A stretch of 64,000 bases of DNA from Vicugna vicugna. Lineage: Eukaryota. Below are positions 33,620-48,285 of this stretch, piece by piece. The stretch covers positions 612,678-676,677 of the forward strand of contig MU058531.1 of assembly GCA_013265495.1 (NCBI GenBank). The letters run 5' to 3'. Made by a program: the position numbers and the translations under genes. The notes under the pieces are model-generated. The model was not told the origin of the DNA. It ran no database searches and was given only the letters and a program-made list of their open reading frames with translations. The stretch's first letter is position 1. Every line of letters starts with the position of its first letter.

Positions 33620-33880
33620 AGGCAACGTAGAAAAAGAGCAAAGGACTATTTATTACGTTTTAGAGCCAGACAGAATGAGTGAAGGTCCCAGCTGATCCAC
33701 TGAATAGCTGCATGATCCTGGACAAGTTACTTTATCTCTGTATGGCTCACTCTCCTCTTCCTAATAAGGGAACAATAATGGTACCTAATTTTAGGGTTGT
33801 TAGATGGATTAAATGAACTAACACAGGTAATACTCTGTGCCTACAGGAAATGGTCAAAATGTTAGCCATTATTATTATTA
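33620..33880. mobile_element. MIR
   Basis: 'ttagagccagacaga...ctggacaagttactttatctctg...agggttgttagatggattaaatga'. Confidence 0.85.
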
Positions 33881-34659
33881 CATTTGGGGATTCATATAAA
33901 GTGAGCTTATTAATCTACTTTTCTAGGGATTTTGTCTTTTCCCTTCCTACTTCTTAGGATAATGGAGGGGATGAAAAATTGGCCTGATTCCCCTACAGAA
34001 ATGTTACAACACTGCACAACTGTCCTCTTGGGAGAACTCAGCTACCTGTGCCGGTCTTTGCTTTTTTTCTCTTGGTTTCTCAGTTCTATCTTCTTTTGCT
34101 GTTTTCCATCATTTCTCCCTCATGGCCCAGTGGTTTTTCACCCCTATTTCTATGGAATGCTGGAACTCCCTATATTCTGTTTCCTTACCACCTGAGCATC
34201 TTCTCTGTGTTCACCTAGGCAGGTGTTCTTAGCACGGACTGTTCACTCTCCCTGTCTTCCTTGGCCAGGCAGCTGGGCCGACTGTGTTCCCTTTGCTTTA
34301 GAATAAGGATCTTGGAAAAATTTTCATAACTTGGCCCCTTTGTGCCATTATGTTACAAACAAAATTCACATTTCTCAAATTTACGGAGGCTACCCCTCCA
34401 CACTTCCATACTCTTTTCTGCCTCCTTCTTTCAGCTGTATTTGAAATCATTCTCCTGCTTGCTCATTCTCCTCTGACTCTGCTTTCAGGGGTCATCTTTC
34501 AGTTTTCCTTAGACGCCAGTCAGTCTCTGGGCTCTGGGTCTCCTTGCAAGCTCGTTCATTTTATTGGAATTTTCTTCTCTTTTCTGTTGACTTGGTCAGT
34601 TTGTATTCATCTGCTCTATCTCAGCTTAGGGGTCAGGAAACTTACTGTGACCTCTCAGG

Positions 34660-36243
34660 TTGTTTTTTTTTTTTTTTTTTTTGTTTCCACNNNNNNNNNN
34701 NNNNNNNNNNNNNNNNNNNNNNNNNNNNNNNNNNNNNNNNNNNNNNNNNNNNNNNNNNNNNNNNNNNNNNNNNNNNNNNNNNNNNNNNNNNNNNNNNNNN
34801 NNNNNNNNNNNNNNNNNNNNNNNNNNNNNNNNNNNNNNNNNNNNNNNNNNNNNNNNNNNNNNNNNNNNNNNNNNNNNNNNNNNNNNNNNNNNNNNNNNNN
34901 NNNNNNNNNNNNNNNNNNNNNNNNNNNNNNNNNNNNNNNNNNNNNNNNNNNNNNNNNNNNNNNNNNNNNNNNNNNNNNNNNNNNNNNNNNNNNNNNNNNN
35001 NNNNNNNNNNNNNNNNNNNNNNNNNNNNNNNNNNNNNNNNNNNNNNNNNNNNNNNNNNNNNNNNNNNNNNNNNNNNNNNNNNNNNNNNNNNNNNNNNNNN
35101 NNNNNNNNNNNNNNNNNNNNNNNNNNNNNNNNNNNNNNNNNNNNNNNNNNNNNNNNNNNNNNNNNNNNNNNNNNNNNNNNNNNNNNNNNNNNNNNNNNNN
35201 NNNNNNNNNNNNNNNNNNNNNNNNNNNNNNNNNNNNNNNNNNNNNNNNNNNNNNNNNNNNNNNNNNNNNNNNNNNNNNNNNNNNNNNNNNNNNNNNNNNN
35301 NNNNNNNNNNNNNNNNNNNNNNNNNNNNNNNNNNNNNNNNNNNNNNNNNNNNNNNNNNNNNNNNNNNNNNNNNNNNNNNNNNNNNNNNNNNNNNNNNNNN
35401 NNNNNNNNNNNNNNNNNNNNNNNNNNNNNNNNNNNNNNNNNNNNNNNNNNNNNNNNNNNNNNNNNNNNNNNNNNNNNNNNNNNNNNNNNNNNNNNNNNNN
35501 NNNNNNNNNNNNNNNNNNNNNNNNNNNNNNNNNNNNNNNNNNNNNNNNNNNNNNNNNNNNNNNNNNNNNNNNNNNNNNNNNTTCCATTGTATACTCTTGC
35601 CTCCTTTGTCAAAGATTAGTTGACCAAAAGTTTGTGGGTTCATTTCTGGACTCTCTATTCTGTTCTACTGTCTACCATGCTGTCTTGATTACTGTAGCTC
35701 TATAGTCTAAAGTCTGGGAGAGTTACTCCTCCAGCCTCTTTCTTTTTCTTCAGTAATGCTTTGGCAATTCTAGGTCTTTTGTGTTTCCATATAAATTTTA
35801 GAATGATTTGTTCTAGTTCTGTGAAATATGTCCTGGGTAATTGGATAGGGATTGCATTAAATCTGTAGATTGCCTTGGGCAGTGTGACCATTTTAACAAT
35901 ATTGATTCTTCCAATCCAGGAGCATGGGATATCTTTCCATTTTTTAAAGTCTTCTTTAATTTCCTTCATCAATGGTTTACAGTTTTCTGTGTATAATTTT
36001 TTCACCTCCTTGGTTAGATTTATTCCTAGATATTTTATTACTTTGGGTGCTATTTTAAAGGAGATTGTTTCTTTACTTTTTCTGCTGATTTATTGTTAGT
36101 GTAAAGAAATGCAACTGATTTTTGAACGTTAATCTTGTAACCTCCTACCTTGCTGAATTCTTCAGTCAGCTCTAGTAGTTTTTGTGTGGACTTTTTAGGG
36201 TTTTCTATATATAGTAACATGTCGTCAGCATATAGCGACGCTT
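34660..36243 (-). mobile_element. Young 5'-truncated L1 spanning the assembly gap
   Basis: PolyT at 34660-34685. After the gap, near-intact ORF2 frames ([32 protein letters not shown]). Confidence 0.92.
34691..35581. other. Assembly gap (891 N)
   Basis: Run of N. Confidence 1.
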
Positions 36244-37479
36244 TTCTAGCAGGTATTTGGAGACTTGAGTTCAGCATGCTTCCACTCCCCTTCTGCCTGC
36301 CTGCCCCACAACCTGGGTAGGTTTCTTTACTGTCAGCACTTTCTCCAGTTGTAGTTCCCCTCACTTTTTTTTTTAAACATCCTTCCATGTGTTTTTAAAA
36401 AATTACTATTCCTACACACTATGGAGGAAATTCTTCAACTCTCATGATAACCCAAAAAGTCACCATGCATTAGATAAAATTTGGGGGGAAACCATGGATT
36501 TAGAGACAGACTCCTGTACTCCAGATGAATCTCCAATTGAGGTTTACAACTTCTACTTAAGATATGTGAAGCAAATACACATTTTGGTGGAGAATTTTTT
36601 CTCCAGAAATGTTTCATGTGAACTGCCCATAAGAAAGCCAACTAGAGCGATCAAAGTCACATTTTATGTCCATGGAGATGGAAGACTTTGGGTCTGAAAC
36701 CAGAGTCCTCTACTCATCTCAGCATGGCCTGGTGTGACCTGTAGTGGGAACCAGAAGCCTTGGGGGCCAGTCACTTGAGCCAGTGGCTAGTTCCGCGTAT
36801 GATCAGAGAGGAAGCTGGAGAAAGAGAGGCTGAGGAATGTGGACTAAAGGAGAATAAAGTAAAGATATTCAGCAAAAAGAGAGCAGCTGTGCAGGGCCAA
36901 CACTTGGGGAGGCAGGGAAAGGCAAAAAGGCAAGTATTGCTATGGATTACAAATTGTAATTTTAAGATCTTTAACCAATATTGAATTTCTCTTTAATTAC
37001 ACTGGGTTGTTAGACTGTTTTCTGGAATGCAGTGCTGTGCAGACTGGGCCAAAGGGGTTTGTGTCTTGTTTTGGTTTTTGTTTATTGGTTTTTGTGGGTG
37101 TTTTTCCTTAATGTTGTTCTTTTAGGATTTCATTTCTTGCCTGTGGTTTTGTACTTAGTTATAATTCTCAGCTATGCTTCTGATGAACAAAATCAACACA
37201 GATCTATGCCAAGGGTATATTTCCACCGTGACTGCCTGACCACTGGATACAGGGTGTAGGGAGTAAGCCTTAATGAGATGTGAGTCATTATGGTTCTTGG
37301 AATAAAAGCACAAAGTCAGTGAGGAGAAGGTACAGTTGAGAACGTGATGCTGTAGGCAGACAGACTCACACAGCACTACATGAAACTGTAAACTTGAAAA
37401 GAGGGTAGTTTTTCATTTGAACTCCATGGATCCTCAGTTTCCTAAGATATCAGAGTCCTTTTAGGACAACAAGAGGAGT

Positions 37480-39390
37480 CAGGGGAGATTGTTCAAGATG
37501 GTGAAGTAGGAGGTCATGAAATGCACCTCCTCCCACAAACACATCAAAAATACATCTATATGTAGAAAGATTTTCACTGAAAACTAACTAGAAACTGATA
37601 GAAAGATTCCTGTACAGTCATGGCTATAAGAAAGACCCACAAGTAATTGGGTAGGAACGGAAGAAAAGTGAACAGGTTGGGACCTCTGCCCCTGGGAGGG
37701 GCCTCAGAGGAAAGGGGAGAATACACAGATGAAGACTCGCCCTGGGGAATGAGTGGTGAAAGCCACAGCTGGGGCGCCCCAGTCCAGGGGTCACACAGGG
37801 GAGATGAGCCCCCTTGGCTGGTTGTAGGACATCCGGGACTAACAGGAAGGCTGTGGGAAGCCTGGCCTCTGCTCCTGCAGAGTGTGTGTGCACTGGCTTG
37901 TCCTCAAAACAGGGCAGAGAGGGAGGTTAGAAGAATGCTCTAGTGGCTGCCAGGTTTTCCACAACCACTTCAGCATGTACCCCAGCTCTAGCCAAGCCAA
38001 CACTCCAGCCCTGCTGACTCCACGTCACAGTGTGGTACAGAATCTATGGTTGCCACAACCGGGGAGAAACCTTGACCTTGGGGCACAGAGGCAACTTAGT
38101 CCCAGGACAGAGCCTGGGTTGGGGGTGAGGGGTGGAGCCACTGTTCAAGAGTACTCAAGCAGCACATCAGAAGCAGCCCAGAACTCTGATGGCAGCTGCT
38201 CCACCATAACCCACATCACGCTTTACACCAAGGGTCCATGAAGGCCCGACTTCCCTATGCTGTGGCCCTTCAACAGTTATATGCCAACAGACTGGATAAT
38301 CTGGAAGAAATGGACAAATTTCTAGGAACATACAACCTGCCAAGACTGAATCAAGGAGAAACAGACAATTCGAACAGATCAATCACTAGGAGTGAAATTA
38401 AATTACATCATAATCAAATAAGATTTTACTCCAGGGATGCAAGGATGGTTGAAATTTTGAAATCAATCAATGTGATACACCACATTAACAAAAGGAGGTA
38501 TAAAAATCATATTATCATCTTAATTGATGCAGAGAAAACATTTGACAAAATTTAACATCCATTTATGAAATTCTTATCAAAGTGTGTACTGAGAGAATAT
38601 ATCTCAATATAATAAAGGCCAGTTATGACAAACCCACAGTTAATATCACACTTAATGAAAATCTCAGTCTTTCCTCTAAGTTCAAGAACAAGACAAGGAT
38701 GTACACTCTTGCCACTTCTATTTAACACAGTAGTGGAAATCCTAGTCATAGTAATCAGATGCAGCCACTATGGAGGTTCCTTAAAAAACTAAAAATAGAA
38801 CTACCATATAATCCAGCAATTCCACTCCTGGTTATATATCCAGCAAAAACAAAAACACTACTTCAAAAAGATAGATGCACTCTGATGTTCATAGCAGCAC
38901 TATTCATAATAAGCAAGGGTTCATCAGCAGATGAATGGATAAAGATGTGGCATACATATACAATGGAAAATTACTCAGCCATAAAAAGAATGAAATTCTG
39001 CCATTTGCAGCAACATGGATGGACTAGAGATTATCATACTCACTGAAATATCAGGCAGAGAAAGATGAACACTCCATGATATCACTTATATATGGAATCT
39101 AAAAAAGTAAAACAAATGAATGTACATAGCAAAACAGAGACAGACTTACAGATATAGAGAACAAACTAGTGATTACCAGTTCAGAGAGGGAAGAGGGAGG
39201 GGCAACATAGGTGTATGGGATTAAGAGATACAAACTACCAGGTATACAATAGATAAGCAACAAAGAGATATTGTACAGCACAGGGAATTATAGCCATTAT
39301 TTTGTAATAACTTTTAATGGAGTACAATCTATAAAAATACCAAATCACTATGCTATATACCTGAAACTAATATTAAATTAATTTAATTTA
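37480..39390 (+). mobile_element. Multiply deleted L1: 5'UTR + short ORF2 pieces + 3' end
   Basis: 5' 'ttcaagatggtgaagtagg'; ORF2 pieces QLYANRLDNLEEMDKFL, DAEKTFDKI and TRQGC, then QPLWRFLKKLKIELPY and 3'UTR. Confidence 0.9.
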
Positions 39391-40894
39391 ATCCTCCCTC
39401 CACAAACAATAGATTCTCATGAAGAATCAAGCCAGAAGACAGAGAAAAAAACTTTGAGTCATGCTTTAAAAACGCATTAATATGGTGCTGGGATTTAAAT
39501 CCTCAGAGGCTGAGAAACGCTCATGGTGAGTGAGGCCCACACACCCTCAAGGCTGTTCCCAGTCACAGAGACAGCCGTCCCCAGGGAGAACTGTGATACT
39601 TCTCAGAACAAGAGTTGGGTAGGTAGACAGCGGCTGGGACGGACAAGACTAACTGATGACAGGGTATCAGTGGACAGGGGAGAATTGTTACGGCTAAGTG
39701 TCCAGAGCATAAGAACTCTAACAGCGAATTCCCCACCAGGGCTGCAAAATGATGCTTGGAGTATCAAAACCAAAACCATAGAAAAAATGCTGGAGCAAAT
39801 GGTGGGAGAAAATTAGAGTCCAGATTTATTAAGCAATTTTGTAATTCAGCAATTTCCAGAATTCTCTCTGTAAGTGAAGCTAATCAGGGCCTAGGGACGG
39901 AAGAAAGGTTTCATGTTGGTACTTGCAGAGTGAGGCAGAATATTGGAGCTTTGCTCAGTGATGGCCACGAAGCCTAAGGCAGCCAGGATGCTGCAGGAAA
40001 TCAGGTCTCTTGAAGTCAGATACCCTCTCCTCAAGCCAGGTCTAGGTAAGTGCAGAAAGAAAGCTCCCTCATCCCAATTTGAGGACAGACCTCTTAAAGG
40101 TTTGAGGCTGAATTCTGGAACTTGCTTCCAAGAACACTGTGTTGCCATAATCATTCCCTTGTATTTCCTCTCCCATTGCAAGATGGGACGCTCTAAATAC
40201 CATGCCCAGGTTGTTTGCAATTTTAACAGCTGGAGAGAGCTCTGCCTTCAGGTAGAGCAGTAATAAATAATTAGTAGCCTTCTGTTCACAAGAGGTAGAG
40301 AAATTAGGAAGTACATCTTATTCCTCTCCTTTCCAGGGTCACAGATCCTTGAGAGAAGAAAACTGAAACCTTCAACCACCATTCTACCCTCAGGAAATTC
40401 TCCATTCCTTAAATGCAAAGATTACAAGAAGGTACCTAATAGTTCCTGGAACATCAGAATGATGTTTCTCATGGGTTTCCATATGCTTATTCCTAGGAGG
40501 GTGGTGTAGGATCAGGGGAGACACAGCGACTGTGTCCTCCTGCCATTCCCCAGTGATAAGCTCCAGCCCTCCAACGGCAACAGAAATCACGAAGCCCTGG
40601 CAGGTATCAAAACACGGAATAGGAAAGTGTTTGTGGGAGGTCGGGGAGAGAAGACAACACGGGCAAGGATAAGCTGGCTGATTTCTGAGGCTGGACAAAT
40701 GAGAGCCCACAAGCGTCAAGTTAGGATAGAGATAAAGTAGGATCTGATAATGTTTCTTCATGTTATGAATTGGATCCGTTAATGTTATTTGAAAATCACA
40801 TTTAAAATTACTTTCTGTTCTGGTTTATGCCTTGAATGCAACTCTGGTCAGAATTTGGCACCCACAAAGTCTAAAATCTATTATGCTTTATTCA

Positions 40895-41266
40895 TTACCT
40901 TAGTTCAGGCTGCTATAATAGAATACACATTTATATACAATATAAATTGGCTTATAAACAATACACATTTGTTTCTCATAGTTCTGGAGGCTGGGAAGTC
41001 CAGAATCAAGATGCCGGAAGATTTGGCGTCTTTTAAAAACCAAATTTCTTGTTCATAGACAGCTGTCTTGTCCCTGTGTCTTCATATGTTGGAAAGGGAC
41101 AGGAGAGCTCCCTGGGGTCTCTTTTATAAGGGCACTAATCCCATTTATGAGGGCTCTGCTCTCATGACCTAAGCATTTCCCAAAGGCCCACTTCCTAATA
41201 CTGCCGTATTGAGGATTAGGATTTCAGTGTGTGAATTTTGAGGGGATGTAAACATTCAGACCATGG
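40895..41266 (-). mobile_element. MaLR (MLT1-type) solo LTR
   Basis: 'ttagttcaggctgctataa...catagttctggaggctgggaagtcc...aaacattcagaccatggca'. Confidence 0.9.
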
Positions 41267-41430
41267 CATTCATAGAAAATATAGAGAGGTACTATACCTT
41301 TTTTCAGGTAAATAAAAAGGTAGTTAATATCTTATAAAATTATTAACCTAAGAAAAGAGAGTCTGCCAATATTTACTAGGGGCAAAGAAAGTTCAATCTT
41401 TGTTTCCCTATCTTTCTTAGAGGTAATCTT

Positions 41431-41432
<2 letters not shown>

Positions 41433-41463
<31 letters not shown>
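41433..41463. repeat. (TG)n microsatellite
   Basis: Direct observation. Confidence 0.97.
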
Positions 41464-41470
<7 letters not shown>

Positions 41471-41849
41471 TGCATGTGCGCACGAATGCGTACACCCACT
41501 TGATTAGAATGTAATTACTGTGTATTAAGTATATGTGATAACTTTCAAAAATACATAATAGACTTTTAGGTATGACCTTCTTTTCTTTTTCCTAAACAGG
41601 TTGTAAATTCCTAGTAGGATGCAGTCACATAGGACTCTTTGTAAATTGTCTTTTTCCTTTCCCCAAACTTGCCATTCTCTTTCCTATTTCATTTTTCAAT
41701 ATCATATATTTTTTCTTTATTCATCTTTCCTTTCTTGATCTCAGCCCTTCTCTTATCCTCCCCTCATCTTTTGTTTTTTTCAGTCTCATATGTCAATTGA
41801 ACCCTGAAGAATAGCAAACTAGTTTATTTTTTATTTTTTATTTTTTAAA

Positions 41850-42482
41850 GGAGTAGCAAGAAGCAAACAGATTGAATCTGTTGGTTTCAATCGGGGAAGT
41901 CAACCCTACAAGTATGGAATAAGGGATTGATCATAGGAATTATACTCTACATGGCTATGGGAGGAGTTGGGGAATTAAGGTCCCGAAAAGGGAGCTGGAG
42001 GACCAGAGGCAGGTCACTAGCCAACCTTGCTGAAGCGCTGGTAGAGGTAGACAAGCCAGAGGCAGCAGGGGATCTGTGAAGCCAGGCATGTCTGGTGGCT
42101 GGGTGCTGGTGGAAGGGTCCTCTGAGGACAGATGCCTCTGCCTTTGATGATGAGCCTGGGTTCACAGTTGGCCACCAGGGCTGCCAATGAGGATAAGGAG
42201 CAGGAATCAGATCAGAGAAGAGCAAGTGCAAGCTGGAGCCCATTGGTATCCCGCCTATGTCTCTCACTGCAGGCTGAGTGAGGACAAGCTTGAACCTGCC
42301 GGTATCTCTGCGTCTGCCTCTCACTCCACCTACCCAGGATGGCCTTCAGATAGCAGCAGCTGCTCCCTACTTCTCCTTCCAGATGATACACAAATGTCTC
42401 TCTGGCCAACTCTGAACTAGAATCATGCAGGAAGGGGAAGGTAGTTCCGGCTTGTGCATGTTGACATACAAAAGGCTACCAC
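41850..42482. mobile_element. ERVL/MaLR-type LTR
   Basis: 'ggtttcaatcggggaagt...aataagggattgatcataggaatta...tctctctggccaactctgaactagaatcatgcagggaagg'-like LTR hallmarks. Confidence 0.6.
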
Positions 42483-45400
42483 GGAAACTAAGCATGTTTG
42501 TATCACAGATTTAAGGGTAGGACAAGTGAATTTGTAAATGTCAGCATCACACAATTGGCTTTCTCTCTTAGGGTCAGAGTCTTTTAGAGCAATAAAGGTT
42601 TTATGGGATTATCAGTTAGATTCACTTTAGTTTCTCTAAATTACCTGGCTGTAATCATGTATAAGGCATAAATGGATAAATGGTGTATTAGGAATAAATG
42701 GATAAAGGAGACAGAGTTGCCGCCTTAGTGTTTATTACAGGGGAAGGCAGGCGTAAACAGACAATGCTGACACAGTGCAGGAGGTGCTAGAGAAAATGCA
42801 GGCCAAGCATGCTGGGGGTGCAGAGAGGAGATGCCCCTGATGCAGCCTGGGTGGGGAGACCATGGGATCTGCATAGACGAGGTGAAGCCTGAAATCAGTC
42901 TGAGAGGATGAGTAAGTTTGTCAGGAGGAGGGTACAATGGGCAAAATCGTGGGGTTGCTGGAAATCAAAGGACACACATGGGGATGGTAGGAGATGAGTA
43001 TAAGAAGGTAAGCAAGGCCACCCTCAGAGCCCGTGGGACCTCGGGCCAGTCTATTTTGCAGTGTCCTTGTTTATATAAGTAATTTGATTACAGTTATATT
43101 ACAAAATGTGTGGACCCATGTGAGGTACAGTGATTTACTGAAGACTTAGAATGATGGGTAGAAAGGAGGCGTTTACATGTTTGCTTATTGTGCCTCAGTG
43201 AAGATGCTTTGTAGTATTTAGGCTCCTCCTGATCATGTCAAGTAACCATCTCTTTGCTTTGTCAAATGCACTGTTCCTATGTAATTTCTTATCTCCCACT
43301 GCAAGAAAAAGGTACTGACGCTATTATAACTCCACAGCGCCATAGCTCCTCAGAACCTACTTGTATTGAAACACTGTAGACTTTCTTGCCTCTGAAGTTT
43401 CCTGCACCACCTACTTAATGATGTTATGTCATTCTTATGATTCCGTGATTCTGTGTCATCCTTCATGCCACCTGTAGGCGCAACTGTCTTCCAACGATTC
43501 TCTTAAAAGTTGTTATTATGCTTCCTTGATGATGACCACAGTTGTAACTCTTATGCAGGAAAATGTGAAAGATAATTTTATGGCCACAGCAGATTTATCA
43601 TTCAGAATGTTATGGTAGAACAACACATCTCCTTCCACATCTTCTCTCGAACTCTTTAGGCCACAATCACAGCATTCCTAGAATGGGATTTTTCTACGTG
43701 GATCTGTGTCTTGCACACTGCCCCAAACAGGAAATATAGGCGAGGGGCCAGACAGGGTAAGAAGAGTACTCTCATTCATATAGGTAATGCCTGTCCCTCA
43801 TCCAGCTCAAGACTGATGGAGAAGAACAACATGTCACCACATGGGTGGGGATAAGAGAGGACATCAGTCAGAAGGGGATCTTGGCACTGTCATCATAAGA
43901 GCCCTCAGGTGATATGTAAGCATCCACCTGCAGAGAACTGAAGAGAACATGGGGCAAGGATGGAGCGTATAAAGGAGGTGGTGAGCCAGCAATGGGGGAC
44001 ACACAGAGTAAGGGACACCTGCCACCCTGGGGTGCTGTAGGCCAGAGATCGCACCACAGTCAGGACACAGATGGGTGAGAGCCATGCAGCTGAAGCCCAA
44101 AGGCCAGCACTGCAACTATCAATAGCCCATAGCTCTGAACTCATCCTGTGTTTATCATGAGGGCAGTCACCCAGAATCAACATGTCAGCATCCTTCTCGT
44201 GGCCCATTTTTATGTAATCATGTCAAAGAAGTACTGTGCCGGTGAGCAAGAGAGATCCTGCAATTGGGGGTGGTCACAGGCCCCAGGACAACCTCATAGC
44301 CTAAGTCTCCGAGGTTTTTAGAGGGGCAGTATCTGGTCAACCTCCTAGGTTATAGACTACCCTGAAGGGAATAAATGAGGTCCAGGGCCCCCATGAGTCC
44401 CAATCTGACCTCAAAGTGGCTTGTCCGGGTGATATCTGCACCCAGCTGCTCCCCAAATTTCCAGGAAGGGGATTTAGGATATTTCAAGAAAGGTGCTGCA
44501 AACACAGTAGGTTTCCTGAATCCCAAGCCTAGATCAGGGCTGAAACCTGCCCAAGTCTAAGGGAAATACTGAAGGGAAGTTAAGGCCAGCTCATGGATTA
44601 CCTTCTAATATCAAAATCAGGAACTTAAGTTTTATCTGTAAGTTAGAACTTCCAACATGTCGTACTTGTCTTTGCAATGAATGTCATTAAGTACATTGAA
44701 AAAATAATATGGTGAAATAAATGGGAAACACTGGATTTTTGATAGCCTTTAATGTAATCAGATGAGTTTTGAATTTACTATGAAGAGATAGACTACTCAT
44801 CCTTTTGTAACTCTATCTTAAAAAATAACCCATGAAATCCTTAATTTGTTATGAAGTATATTACTTAACTATTATTCCACAGAACACACTTCAGGAAAAG
44901 CAACAACAGACATGAGAGCCACTGCAAGGATTTCGTGCAGAACAGATTTCCACTTTAAGATCACCTACAGTGGCAGGAAAGAGGGTAGTCAGAGCAGAGA
45001 GACCAGGAAGGGAAAGAGCAGGAGTGGAGGTGAGGCAGCTTTTGCAAGAATTAGTCAAGTGACGACGAGGTCTAAACCAAACCAGTGTTGGCAGTATGTG
45101 CAGTCACAAACACATGTTTCTTAGATAAATTAAACTGTATGCACCTTGCCAAAAATGACTAAATGAGGAAAAGAGCCATTTAATTATTTCAGGCTAGAGG
45201 GGGCCAATGCACTCAATGATAGCAAACTCCAGACTGTGTGCAAGACAGTTTCCTTGGTGTCTCAGTTATCAAGTACATTTAATTCATGATCAATTAGCCC
45301 CTCTGAGCTTGATTTTCATATTTAAGGATATGCATTTTCTACCAAACATTGCCTTTAAACACAAGTCAACCACTTCATCTGGGACTCAATCTGTTCCATT

Positions 45401-48099
45401 GCTGCAGGGAAAACTGGCCGTGCTGGACTTACTGAGAGAGAGTATGTCCGTTCTGATGTAACAATTTCCTAAGGTATTCTCAAGGGCAGTTCTGACCCTG
45501 TGTGACTGTTCTCCTTTGGAGATGACTTCGGTAGCCAATCCCAGGGTAGACTGCAACTATATTCACAGAAACTCACAAAGAGCACGTGTCAACCTCTAAA
45601 TCTAGTCCTGTGATTCTACAGCCCCAACCACACACAAGTAAATTTTCATCCTTTTAAAGGTGAGAGTTTGAATGATCTCTGGACAAAACCGGTAACACTG
45701 TGTATATTAGAAGCTGCAGAGGCTATAATTTGATAGGTTTTCTGGAAGAATCTAAACTGCTTAATTTTGGGATAAGAAAACAAGTTCAGAGAGAGAAACT
45801 AACCAAGCTTAATCCAATAAGGCATAACAAAGAGGTAAACCCAAATATTCTTATACTTTTAGAAATTTTAATCTCTAGTGACCATGAATCTCTTTTAGAA
45901 TATGTCATAAAAGGCTTTTACGAAAGAGCAAATATTGTGTTCTTTTCAACACATGCAAAACTTCAGCTTTGTGGAATCACATGGTACAAAGGTCTATCAC
46001 CTTTATACATATTACCAAGATTTCTAAATACTTCATTTCTGTCTGCTACACAACAGAATAATTCAATACAAACAGAAAACATCTGCATTTTGAGAAGCTT
46101 TTAAATTATTTTATTTTCTAGAAATTTATCAGCAATATTCACTCTATCCCTAGATGCAGAGTATTCCCGTCCCGTAAACATACACACCCCCCACTTCAGC
46201 ACACCACAGCACCCCAGAAGCCAAGTCCTCAGCACTGCAGTGCCTCTGTAGCCAATGTTTTATCTGGACATTTATTGTAGCCAAAGTTACTTGGCCTTTG
46301 GCCGGCTGGCTGGAATCCTGAGCTTTTTTGAATACTGGCTGATGAAATTACAAAGTAGCTCTCAATCTTCTACAATAGGAGCTCTTGATTAAGTCTAAGA
46401 AGAAATAGAGCAAATCACAGTAGGCCACGTGCTGGAGGAGAACAGCCAGGTCCCTCACGGATGGTGGCTTGGCCAGCCAGACTGACACTCAGGCTTCCAC
46501 ACCCCTTTTGAAGACAGGTATCCATCAAAAGAGGCAGGCTTCCTGGAAAACTGAGGAAAAGCAGAGCAGCAGTTGCTGTGGTTAGTTGGGAAAGACACAG
46601 CGTCACTGAGAGAGTGCTGTGATGCTGGACATGATGGATGGCGGGTAAGACCAAGTAGGCTGTGGCTGGGGAGCCAAAGGGGCAGGAAGCCAAACACTGC
46701 TGCTCAGAAGCTGCTGATAACACTGCGGCAGCACTAGCAATGCCAAGCGTTTCATCCGCAGCGCCCTCAAGGCCCACGAGGGCGATGTGCCCAGAAACAA
46801 GATCCCAAAGCCACCGTGTGGCAGGAACATTTAAAGAGCAAAGCTAAGCAACCAATCTTCTTCTTTCCTAGAAGCTTTGGGAGTACAGTGAAAACATACT
46901 GGGAAAAAAGGAAGTTACAGACCAACAGAGCATAATCCTATCTGTGTTTTTAAAAAATGTATGTATGTGTTTATGTGTTGTATGTATGTGTATGAGAGGG
47001 TGCGTGTGTGCTCACAGGCAGATATAGATAGCTAAAAAAGTCTGTGTAAGTCTAGAGAAATGTCTGAAAGCATATTAAGCCAAATTGTTTACTATACTTA
47101 TGTCTGGTTGTCAAATAAGAGGGGTGGAGGAAAGCACTCTCTCCCCTTAATTATACATATTAAGGTTAAAAATTGATGGCACTAGTAGAGAATTTCACTT
47201 TCTTTTGTTTGTATTTCTCTTTATATATTTATTTATATATGTATAAATATTGTATATTTATATATACACACACATATATAATAAAATATATATAAAATAA
47301 AACTGTTTGTAGCCTCATTTAGTTATGGGAATCTGAATAAAAAATTTCTTCCCATTTATTATCTTTATCTTCTAACTCCTAAATGGGCAAGCCCTTCTGA
47401 TCAGACCGATGTGAAGCTCAGATGAGCCGGTGCTTCCAGGAGTGTTCCAAAGGTGAGAAAGCAAGATCATACGAATATGAGATTAGTCCTTTTAGTTCTG
47501 CTGACAAACCTAGAGGATACCTGAGATACCCTTGTAGAAGCACTGCCATTCCAGAAGGTGGAGACAAGCTTTATTTTTGCACATTTCTCATCAGTCCAGG
47601 CTTTTAAAGTCCTATGACAATGACTGTCCACATGGATTTGGTCATGCCACAAATACCTCGGTAATGCTCTCACTGTGGGCTGCCCACTCTCTCCCTCCCT
47701 GCCCTGAACTGGGGAGAGCTTATTCACATGGTTAGCTAAGAGGTGACCAAAGCAGCTTTACTTATCTCTTGATTTGTTTTCTCTGTGTGTGGGGGTTTGT
47801 TTTTTTTGTTCGTTTGTTTTTGTTTTTTGGTATTTTTTTTGCTTCAGATGACAGCCAAGACAAGAAAGAGAGATGAGAACATATTCTAATTAAAAAGATA
47901 ACACTGGGCTTTCACTTTCTCTCTCACTTACAAGCTGTCTCCCCCTGTAACACTAAATATGCAACAGGAAAACCTTATCTTCTAAGAGTCACATATCAGT
48001 CATTAAACTACATATTAAAGCTTTGTAAATGGGGTTTTATAGAGTTTTATTCCCAACATTCTCATTAATTTTTGCTAACTAGAATCCTTCAACTCCAGT

Positions 48100-48285
48100 C
48101 CCTAGTAATAACCCACAAAGAACATTAGCTTTCAAATGTGTGCATGGGAATAATTTGAAGTGCTTGTTTAAAATGTCGAGCCCTGAGACTCGCTCATCAT
48201 TAGTCTGAGTTGGTTTAGGGCTAGGCTGTGTCCTAGGAATCTTCATTTTAGCCTGCACCCCAGATGATTCTAATGAAGGTCATCT
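48100..48285. mobile_element. MER5-type hAT MITE
   Basis: 'gtgcttgtttaaaatg...ctaggaatcttcattttag...ccccagatgattctaatg'. Confidence 0.65.

Noticed and set aside
34350..35705. Long ORFs of 310-451 aa in the ORF track
   Set aside because: These are artefacts of translating the N gap.
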